Below, piece after piece: positions 22,748 through 29,560 of a DNA stretch of 29,560 bases. The first letter of the stretch is position 1. Each line of letters starts with the position of its first letter. Made by a program: the position numbers and the translations under genes. Under the pieces are notes generated by a model that ran no database searches, had not been told where the DNA came from, and saw only the letters and a program-made list of their open reading frames with translations. This DNA is from Candidatus Iainarchaeum sp. (GTDB lineage Archaea; Iainarchaeota; Iainarchaeia; Iainarchaeales; JAFGBZ01). The stretch lies in the NCBI GenBank assembly GCA_016218635.1, contig JACRDJ010000095.1, positions 1 to 29,560 on the forward strand, written 5' to 3'.

Positions 22748-23965
22748 TCACTTTTTCTGCAGCCGGCTCAGAACCCATCGGGCAGTGCTGATCAGTCCGA
22801 TTAGCACCAGCAGTCCGCCAAGCGCTCCCAGAATCATTCCTACGATTCCTCCGTTTGCGTTTCCGGCTTCCTGGGCGCTTAGCACCGGCACTTCCACGCT
22901 TTTGTCCACGGTTATCTTGTTGTTTTCTCCGTCCCTAAACGAGAGCCTTACCGTGAGGGGATAGTTGCCGGGAGCCAGGGTGGAAGGCACTTTGTATTTC
23001 GTTTTGAATGAATCAAAGTCATCGGCTTCCAGGGTTCCGATGAATGACTCGGTTTTGTCGAGTTTGATTCCGTTTTCGGGGGCCAGGATTTCGAGGGAAA
23101 CAAAGGAGGCCGTTCCGGCGCCGGTGTTGAACAAATCAAAGGCTATTTCGCCTTCTCCGCCCGGAATGGCTTTCGGCTGAATGGTTCCCACAATGACTTC
23201 CATTTCGGCCTGGGCTTTCACGCGCACGCCCACATAGGCCGTGCTGGTGTACTCAGTCCCTTTCGAGTCCTTGAATGAGATCCTGACGGGCAGGGTGTAA
23301 TTCTTGAGGGGAGCCGCCGGGTTGGCGCTTAAGGTCATTTGGGCTCTTCCTTCCCCGCCGGGCGTCATTTCCGCAATGTAGGTGGCCGCCGAATTCAGCG
23401 GAACCACTTCCCGTTCGACCACTACTCCGGTTGAGGTTACGGTCCGGTCTTCGGTGAATTCCACTACAATGTCCTTGGCCGTGTCCTGACCGTTGTTTCT
23501 GAAGGATAATACGAATTCTTTGGCCTGACCGGGTTCGAGCTGGTTCTCTGAACTGCCCACCAGCTGAATGTCGGGCGCGCGGGCCTTCACGTCAATCGCA
23601 TTGAGTTCATTTTTCTCGAATTTTCCTTCGCCGAAACGCACTTTCAGATTATAGGTCCCGCTCAGGGTCTTGGAATCCGTGTTCAGTTCAAACTTGAAAA
23701 TGGCGATCTGACTGGCTTTAACCGATGCAACTTCCTGGGTGTCTTTTTGGCCTTCCACCAGCGTGAACGGATATTCGGGTTCGATGCCAACCAGTGTTTT
23801 TCCGGCGTCCGTTCCGGAATCATTCTGGATCTGCACCCAGAAAGTGAACTTTTCTCCCGCCGTCACGGGCGCGGGCGAGTAATTGTAGGCATTCACCTTG
23901 AAATTGGCGGCAAATGCACCTCCCATCAGGATGCCAAGTGCAAGCAAAACCAGTATTTTGTTCAT
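22748..23965 (-). CDS. COG1361 S-layer-domain / CARDB-like secreted protein with a C-terminal TM anchor
   Basis: Signal peptide and repeated Ig-like segments (I.N.G...A, GTLEADD, PGNYPL.V.LSF). Single C-terminal TM. Lies between the ABC ATPase and the permeases. Confidence 0.75.
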   Translation of the reverse strand: MNKILVLLALGILMGGAFAANFKVNAYNYSPAPVTAGEKFTFWVQIQNDSGTDAGKTLVGIEPEYPFTLVEGQKDTQEVASVKASQIAIFKFELNTDSKTLSGTYNLKVRFGEGKFEKNELNAIDVKARAPDIQLVGSSENQLEPGQAKEFVLSFRNNGQDTAKDIVVEFTEDRTVTSTGVVVEREVVPLNSAATYIAEMTPGGEGRAQMTLSANPAAPLKNYTLPVRISFKDSKGTEYTSTAYVGVRVKAQAEMEVIVGTIQPKAIPGGEGEIAFDLFNTGAGTASFVSLEILAPENGIKLDKTESFIGTLEADDFDSFKTKYKVPSTLAPGNYPLTVRLSFRDGENNKITVDKSVEVPVLSAQEAGNANGGIVGMILGALGGLLVLIGLISTARWVLSRLQKK

Positions 23966-24002
23966 TTTTCTTTCCCCCTTGTTTTTCAGTAAAGATTATT
24001 TT

Positions 24003-24701
24003 TTATTCCCTGTGTGTGTCCGAAATGACCTGCCCGTCGAGAAGGCCAATCCGGCGCTCCGCCATCTTTCCGATAGTAGGGTCATGCGTGACCATCAACA
24101 CGGTCTTTCCGTGTTCTTCGTGAAGCTCCTGGATGATCTGCAGTACCTGTTCGCCGGACCGCGAGTCCAGGTTTCCGGTGGGTTCGTCCGCCACAATCAT
24201 GTCCGGGTCATTCACCAAGGCACGCGCAATGGCCACCCGCTGACGTTGTCCGCCGCTTAACTGGCTGGGCTTGTGATCCATTCGGTCCTGGAGGCCCACC
24301 ATTTTCAGTTTTTCCCCGGCGATTTTTTCCCGTTCCTTTAACGGAATTCCCTGAAAAAACATGGGCAGCATGACGTTTTCGAGCGCACTCATGCGTGGAA
24401 TCAGGTGAAACGCCTGGAAAATGAATCCAATGGTCTTTCCGCGCACTTGGGCCAGCTGGGCATCATTCATTTTCGAAATGGGCCGGCCCTTAATGAATAC
24501 TTCCCCGCTCGTGGGCCGCAGGAGTGCGCTTAATACGTCTAAGAGCGTCGTTTTTCCGCTGCCGGAAGGCCCCATAATGGAAACCATCTCCCCCTCCATA
24601 ATGCGGAGATTAATGCCTTTAAGCACCTGCAGCTCGGTTTCCCCCATCACATAGGCCTTGGAAACTTTCTGCAGCTCGATCACAGGAGTTGCGGAGGCCA
24701 T
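24003..24701 (-). CDS. LolD/MacB-type ABC transporter ATP-binding protein
   Basis: GPSGSGKTT Walker A, GFIFQAFHLIP, LSGGQRQRVAIARAL, ADEPTGNLD and VTHD. Confidence 0.95.
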   Translation of the reverse strand: MASATPVIELQKVSKAYVMGETELQVLKGINLRIMEGEMVSIMGPSGSGKTTLLDVLSALLRPTSGEVFIKGRPISKMNDAQLAQVRGKTIGFIFQAFHLIPRMSALENVMLPMFFQGIPLKEREKIAGEKLKMVGLQDRMDHKPSQLSGGQRQRVAIARALVNDPDMIVADEPTGNLDSRSGEQVLQIIQELHEEHGKTVLMVTHDPTIGKMAERRIGLLDGQVISDTHRE

Positions 24702-24775
24702 CTACTAGCAAAAACCTGAAAACATTAATAAAGTAACCTATCGGATGTCCGTATCACTGGGTGCCGGGTCCGTTT

Positions 24776-25363
24776 TTAAACCGAAGGAGCGGGTTTTTCA
24801 AGAACCCCTGCGATGGCCCGCAGCAGCAGGACCAGCAGAATGAATCCAATCGCCAGCTGGCCGGTTAGGCGGGAGAAGAAAATTCCCTGTTCGAGGAGGG
24901 CCACATGCAATAACACCATCGCGAATGCCAGATACCCGGTGCGCTGAAGGCTTTTCCAGTTCGCATACCCCAGTTTTTCCTCCCGGGCTTGTGTGGATGT
25001 CACTGCCATTAAGGTGAAAATCATGAATGCAAGCGCCGCCACCGCAATGGAAACCGCATCAGCCAGCGTGATTGTCCGAGCATGCGACAGGAGCACCAGG
25101 CCGGAAAGAAAAATATGTGTGGCCGCCAGCGAGAAACCCATCAATCCGAACGCTTTGCGGTCAGACAGGAAATGGGTGAAAAACGGAATGAACCGGGCCA
25201 GGGGGCCTAGGAGGAATGAATAACCGATCACGAACACGGAAGAGAATGCCAACACGGCATTCAGGTAATTGAGCCCCAAGGGCCGCCCCATCCAGACAAA
25301 GTAATAAAACGCAAACAGGGCCACCACCAGCCCCACAATTATTCGGGGAAACCAGCGGGTCAT
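24776..25363 (-). CDS. Ferric-reductase-like (MsrQ/YedZ-like) heme-b membrane protein
   Basis: About 6 TMs with RKAFGL, TH, TS....LG..NWK.LQR.GY and LLH, matching the MsrQ pattern except that Q replaces the LH-R His. Its ATG overlaps the pyrF stop (ATGA). Confidence 0.72.
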   Translation of the reverse strand: MTRWFPRIIVGLVVALFAFYYFVWMGRPLGLNYLNAVLAFSSVFVIGYSFLLGPLARFIPFFTHFLSDRKAFGLMGFSLAATHIFLSGLVLLSHARTITLADAVSIAVAALAFMIFTLMAVTSTQAREEKLGYANWKSLQRTGYLAFAMVLLHVALLEQGIFFSRLTGQLAIGFILLVLLLRAIAGVLEKPAPSV

Positions 25364-26247
25364 TGGGTTAGTTTCCTTTTTTCTCCGAACCCGATTTCCT
25401 GATTGAGTTTTTTGAGCGCTTTCACGGCCTCGCCCGCATAATCGGATGAATTCGTTTTTTCGTACGCGTAATTGAGTGCGGAAGAGGAATTAATGCGCGC
25501 AAGGGACAGATCATATCTGGATTTCCGGAGGGATTCCATCACTTCTTTCACGTCTGCTCCCTGCGTTCCGACCCCTGGAATCAGCAACGGGACCGGATTC
25601 TTTTGTTTCGCATAAAAGGAAACAATTTGCCTGAGTTCCTTTGGGTTGGTGGCTCCCACCACTGCGCCCACGTTTCCGGGTGCCAGCGCGCTCCATTGCG
25701 CGATTTTCCGGCTGACTTTCATGAACAACGGGGATGAACCCATTTTAAGACCCTGAAAATCCTTTGCCCCGCTGTTGCTGGTGCGGTTGAGTACGTAAAT
25801 GCCCTGCGGTTTGGTTTCGGTGAATTCAATGAATGGCTGAACGGAATCCGTTCCCATGAACGGGGAAACCGTGAGCGCATCCGCGCCCCAGAACTCAAAC
25901 CCTTCCCGGGCATATGCCGTAGAGGTGCTTCCGATGTCTCCGCGCTTTACATCCAGAATCACCGGAACCCCAGTGCTTTGGGCTTTGCGTATCACGGCCT
26001 GCAGGGCATAGAGTCCGTCAAACCCGTACTGGGCAAAGAATGCGTAATTGGGTTTGAATGCGCCCGGAAAAACATTCTCGGCCTTCATTTTGTCCAGTAT
26101 GCCGGAATAAAACGATTCAATGCGTTCTCCGGGATTTCCTTCCCGGATGGGAATGCGTTCGAGCACGGGGTCAAGCCCGAAGCAGGCAACGGATTTCATT
26201 TCCTCGGCGGCTATCCGGAGCGCTTCCGTGAATGTCATGGTTTCCAT
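25360..26247 (-). CDS. pyrF: Orotidine-5'-phosphate decarboxylase (subfamily 2 type)
   Basis: [48 protein letters not shown] and NSS motifs. Confidence 0.93.
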   Translation of the reverse strand: METMTFTEALRIAAEEMKSVACFGLDPVLERIPIREGNPGERIESFYSGILDKMKAENVFPGAFKPNYAFFAQYGFDGLYALQAVIRKAQSTGVPVILDVKRGDIGSTSTAYAREGFEFWGADALTVSPFMGTDSVQPFIEFTETKPQGIYVLNRTSNSGAKDFQGLKMGSSPLFMKVSRKIAQWSALAPGNVGAVVGATNPKELRQIVSFYAKQKNPVPLLIPGVGTQGADVKEVMESLRKSRYDLSLARINSSSALNYAYEKTNSSDYAGEAVKALKKLNQEIGFGEKRKLTQ

Positions 26248-26837
26248 CCTGACGGGTTCTTCAGATAGTTCTGAATGGAACTAACCTGTCCTTCGGTTAT
26301 TTTTCCTGCCTTGCGGAGGTCGTTTAGGATCTGGGTCATGGTGAGGGCTGCATGCAGGCGGACTCCCTGGGCTTCGAGTTCCTTTTTTCCGCCCTGTTCG
26401 CGGTCAATGAGCACGCACACGTCTTTCACGTAGAGCCCGGCTTCTTTTAACGGTGCCATGGTCTCGAATTTGGATCCGCCGGTGGTGATGAGGTCATCAA
26501 TGACCAGCACCGTCTGCCCCTGGCTGTACTTTCCTTCAATCAGTTTTTTGGTTCCGTACTCCTTGGCTTCTTTTCGGGCGTAAATCATGGGCCATCCGAA
26601 TTCCAGGGAAATGGCGGTCGCAATCGGGAGGGCTGCGTACGGGATTCCGGCAATCACGCTGAATTTGAGTTTCCTGCATTGTTCGCCCATCACGTGCGCG
26701 ATTTTTTTAAGCACTTCCGGGTAGGCCACCAGGATGCGCAAATCAATGTAAATCGGGCTCTTAAGCCCGGACTTTAACGTGAATTCGCCGAACTTCACGG
26801 CTTCAACGTCAAAGAGTTCTTCGGCCAACGATTTCAT
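26235..26837 (-). CDS. pyrE: Orotate phosphoribosyltransferase
   Basis: [26 protein letters not shown] and [13 protein letters not shown] (PRPP loop). Confidence 0.95.
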   Translation of the reverse strand: MKSLAEELFDVEAVKFGEFTLKSGLKSPIYIDLRILVAYPEVLKKIAHVMGEQCRKLKFSVIAGIPYAALPIATAISLEFGWPMIYARKEAKEYGTKKLIEGKYSQGQTVLVIDDLITTGGSKFETMAPLKEAGLYVKDVCVLIDREQGGKKELEAQGVRLHAALTMTQILNDLRKAGKITEGQVSSIQNYLKNPSGWKP

Positions 26838-26841
26838 TTAT

Positions 26842-28131
26842 TCACCCATTCCCCGTTTTTTCCAAAAACTTTCCGTTGCTGAATGCGATTTTTCCGTTCA
26901 CCAGCGTAGTGTGGATTTTTCCTTTCAGCTTCCATCCGTCAAAAGGGGTCCAGGCGCATTTGCTGAACTGGTCCCCGTTTCTGATAACGCTCTTGGTCTT
27001 TAAATCCATGATGGTGAGATCCGCATCAAACCCTTTCCGGATGAACCCTTTTTTCGTGAGCCCCATGAGCCGGGCGGGAATTTCGCTGGTACTTTTCGCC
27101 AGATACGTTAACGGGATTCTTTTTTGGGCCACTTCATTGAGCAGCAGGGGAAGCAGGGTCTGCACACCGGGAATTCCGCTGGGTGCCTGGGAATACGGCA
27201 GTTGTTTTTCGGCCACCGTGTGCGGGGCGTGGTCCGAGGCCATGCACTGGATTTTTTGGGCGTACAGCAGTTTGAGCAGTTTCTGCTGGGAACTTTTAGA
27301 GCGCAGGGGCGGGTTCACTTTCCCGAAGTTTTTGAGTTTCTTCAGATGGGTTTCGTTGAGAAAAAGGTGCTGGGGGCTGCATTCGAATGAAACCGTCCGC
27401 CCTTCCTCTTGTGCTTCGCGGATCAGTTTCACGCTTTCGGGCAAAGAAACGTGCGCGAAATGCACGCGGGCCATTGTTTTTTGCTGGAGTTCCAGTGCAT
27501 CCTGAACTGCCTGAAGTTCGCATTCGGGGCTGCGGATGCGGTTATGGTCTTTTAGGGTCGGATTCAGGTAATGCATTTTGTTTTTTTGGATGCATTCCTC
27601 GTTTTCAGCATGCAGTGCAATGAGTTTGTTTTTCTTCCGGGCGGCCTGGAACGTTTCTTTCAGCCGGTTCTGGATTAAGAGGTTGCCGGTGCTGGAACCC
27701 AGGTAGAGTTTGATGGCATTCGCGGGCGTCTGCCGGATTTCTTTCAGGTTGGTTCCGGTTCCGCCCAGATAAAGGCCATAATTGCAGTAGGAATTGTTTT
27801 TGATTAAATTCATTTTTTGCCGGAGAATTCGGTTGGTGGTGGTAAGCGGTGCAGTGTTGGGCATATCAAAAACGGTGGTGACTCCGCCGGCCACGGCCGC
27901 CTTGCTGCCGGTTTCCCATGTTTCCTTGTGCTCGGCTCCGGGCACGCGGAAGTGCACGTGCAGGTCAATGGCGCCGGGAAGGATGATCTGGCCCGTGCAG
28001 TCAATGATTTTCTTTCCGGGAATTTCTTTTTCGCTGATTTCTGAAATTTTCCCGTTTCGGATGCCGAGGTGGGATTCCGTAATCTGTCCGTGAATGAATG
28101 TTTTTCCGTTTGCAAGCACCCATTCATTCAT
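26842..28131 (-). CDS. pyrC: Dihydroorotase (type I)
   Basis: PGAIDLHVHFR, DMPNT, KLYLG, HAE, HVS, KVNPPLR and ASDHAPH. Confidence 0.93.
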   Translation of the reverse strand: MNEWVLANGKTFIHGQITESHLGIRNGKISEISEKEIPGKKIIDCTGQIILPGAIDLHVHFRVPGAEHKETWETGSKAAVAGGVTTVFDMPNTAPLTTTNRILRQKMNLIKNNSYCNYGLYLGGTGTNLKEIRQTPANAIKLYLGSSTGNLLIQNRLKETFQAARKKNKLIALHAENEECIQKNKMHYLNPTLKDHNRIRSPECELQAVQDALELQQKTMARVHFAHVSLPESVKLIREAQEEGRTVSFECSPQHLFLNETHLKKLKNFGKVNPPLRSKSSQQKLLKLLYAQKIQCMASDHAPHTVAEKQLPYSQAPSGIPGVQTLLPLLLNEVAQKRIPLTYLAKSTSEIPARLMGLTKKGFIRKGFDADLTIMDLKTKSVIRNGDQFSKCAWTPFDGWKLKGKIHTTLVNGKIAFSNGKFLEKTGNG

Positions 28132-29035
28132 GTGCGATCCCGACCAGTTCGCTGATTTTTTTGTAGCGGTGTGCTTTCATCCATTCCGTGATTTCGGCGT
28201 TGACGGACGTGAATGCGGTGGGACCTTTCTGGATGATGAGTGTGCCTAATTGTACGGCGCTGGCTCCTGCCTGCAGGAATTCAATGCAGTCCAATCCGTT
28301 CATGGCGCCTCCGGAGGCCAGGATGGGAATTTTCACGTGCGAGTAAAGATCATAGACGCACTTCAATGAAATGGGTTTGAGTCCGGCGCCCGTGTATCCC
28401 CCGCTCTTGAATGAAAGCACGGGTGCATGTTCTTCGGCATTGATGGCCATTCCGGGCATGCTGTTGGTGGCGGTAAGCGCATCCGCGCCCGCTTTCTCGC
28501 AGGCAAGCCCGATTTCCGTCACCGAACAGGTGGCGGGCGTGAGTTTGGCGATGACGGGAATGCCTTCGGAAACGGATTTGATTTCCCGGATGATTTGGGC
28601 GGACTGATCCGCGTAGGCCGAGAACTGGGCGCCTCCGCCTTCCACGTTGGGGCAGGAAATGTCCACTTCGATGGCGGAAGGCTTGTGTTTGACCACTTCC
28701 ATGGCCACTTTCTTGAACCCGGTGGATTCATCCGAGCCGATGGAATAAAAGAGGTGACTGAATTTTTTGATTTCCTCCATTTCCGCCCACTTGGTTCCCA
28801 TGTTCAGGTACCCCGGAGACGGGAGTCCGATGGCGTTCAGTAACCCGGTTTCGAGGCGAACCAGGTTGGGTTGCGGGTGTCCTGCACGGGGTTTGTCCAT
28901 GATGGTTTTGGGAATGATGGCTCCGGCTCCGGCCTTGGCGCACTGAAGAGCCTGCGGAATGCGGTCCCATACCACTCCCGATGCCAGAATAAGGGGACTC
29001 GAAAGGGTGAGTTTCCAGAGTTTAGTTTCAAGCAT
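28124..29035 (-). CDS. pyrD: Dihydroorotate dehydrogenase, family 1 (1B-like catalytic subunit)
   Basis: LASG, NAIGL, ISCPN, AKLTP, GG.TG..LKP, GASAVQLGT and ELVGIAH. Confidence 0.93.
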   Translation of the reverse strand: MLETKLWKLTLSSPLILASGVVWDRIPQALQCAKAGAGAIIPKTIMDKPRAGHPQPNLVRLETGLLNAIGLPSPGYLNMGTKWAEMEEIKKFSHLFYSIGSDESTGFKKVAMEVVKHKPSAIEVDISCPNVEGGGAQFSAYADQSAQIIREIKSVSEGIPVIAKLTPATCSVTEIGLACEKAGADALTATNSMPGMAINAEEHAPVLSFKSGGYTGAGLKPISLKCVYDLYSHVKIPILASGGAMNGLDCIEFLQAGASAVQLGTLIIQKGPTAFTSVNAEITEWMKAHRYKKISELVGIAHE

Positions 29036-29560
29036 CCGGATTCCTTTTTTTTTGATTCAGGCCTTTTGGGGGCTTTTTTTGTTTAATCATTAGGCTGAGA
29101 ATGGCTTCGCGTACGGGAAGCCCGTTGGCGGCCTGACGGAAGTAAAGCGCGTGCGGAGTGGAATCCATGTCGGCGTGGATTTCCTGGTTGCGGGGAAGGG
29201 GGTGCATAATGCGCAGGTGTTTTTTGGCCGAAGAAAGCATTCGGGGCCGGATTTGGTAATTGTTTTTGAATTCGGTTACGTCGATTCCGGGCGGGATGCG
29301 TTCTTCCTGAATGCGGGTCATGTAGAGCACATCCAGTTTGGGCAGCGCGGACTGAATGCTTTCGGTTTCCTGTACGCTTACTTTTTCCTTAATGGCCTCC
29401 ATGATGGATGAAGGCATTGAAAAGTAGGCGGGTGAAATGCAGTGAAGATTAATCCGGCCGAATTTGGAGAGTCCGAGTGCCAGGGAGTGCGCGGTCCGCC
29501 CGAAGCGGAGGTCTCCGGCAATGCCGATGGTGAGTCCGTCTATTTTTCCGAATTCTTTTC
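29028..29560 (-). CDS. pyrB: Aspartate carbamoyltransferase catalytic subunit, 3' part; runs off the window
   Basis: Extending the track ORF to the edge gives KEFGKIDGLTIGIAGDLRFGRTAHSL, followed by DVLYMTRIQEER, MHPLPR..EI and YFRQA.NG...R.A. Confidence 0.95.
   Translation of the reverse strand, partial: KEFGKIDGLTIGIAGDLRFGRTAHSLALGLSKFGRINLHCISPAYFSMPSSIMEAIKEKVSVQETESIQSALPKLDVLYMTRIQEERIPPGIDVTEFKNNYQIRPRMLSSAKKHLRIMHPLPRNQEIHADMDSTPHALYFRQAANGLPVREAILSLMIKQKKPPKGLNQKKRNPDA

Noticed and set aside
26876-27505. 209-aa plus-strand ORF opposite pyrC
   Set aside because: Antisense shadow of dihydroorotase.

Overview
Archaeal chromosomal segment, as shown by TBP, Rpo4/F, eL21, DUF655, RsmA, AMP phosphorylase, TATA boxes and GGAGG/GAGGTGA ribosome-binding sites. 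The unlinked 5S rRNA and the gene content suggest a DPANN lineage, possibly Iainarchaeota/Diapherotrites; this is an inference, not established. From left to right: a surface-glycosylation cluster (three GT-C-like membrane proteins, GT4, GT2, rmlC, rmlD); a stand-alone 5S rRNA gene with its own promoter; a 3x48-bp structured tandem repeat; tbp; msrA; an RNase H-fold exonuclease; a HEAT-repeat protein; the conserved rpl21e-rpoF-DUF655-rsmA block; an accessory zone with three toxin-antitoxin modules, AMP phosphorylase and a GT2/thioredoxin-like/methyltransferase operon; a MacB/LolD-type ABC system with a COG1361 S-layer-domain protein; and a de novo pyrimidine operon (pyrB partial, pyrD, pyrC, pyrE, pyrF) ending in an MsrQ-like membrane protein. 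The most striking observation is a pair of small Cys-rich lipoprotein genes (12538-12916, broken by two 1-nt frameshifts, and 19177-19641). They share a DNA-level leader, an upstream 10-mer, RBS spacing, a C-K-stop ending and the terminator, but carry unrelated cores. Each sits head-to-head with a TA module, and one has a G13 tract in its promoter. This looks like a cassette-type, possibly phase-variable, surface-protein family.
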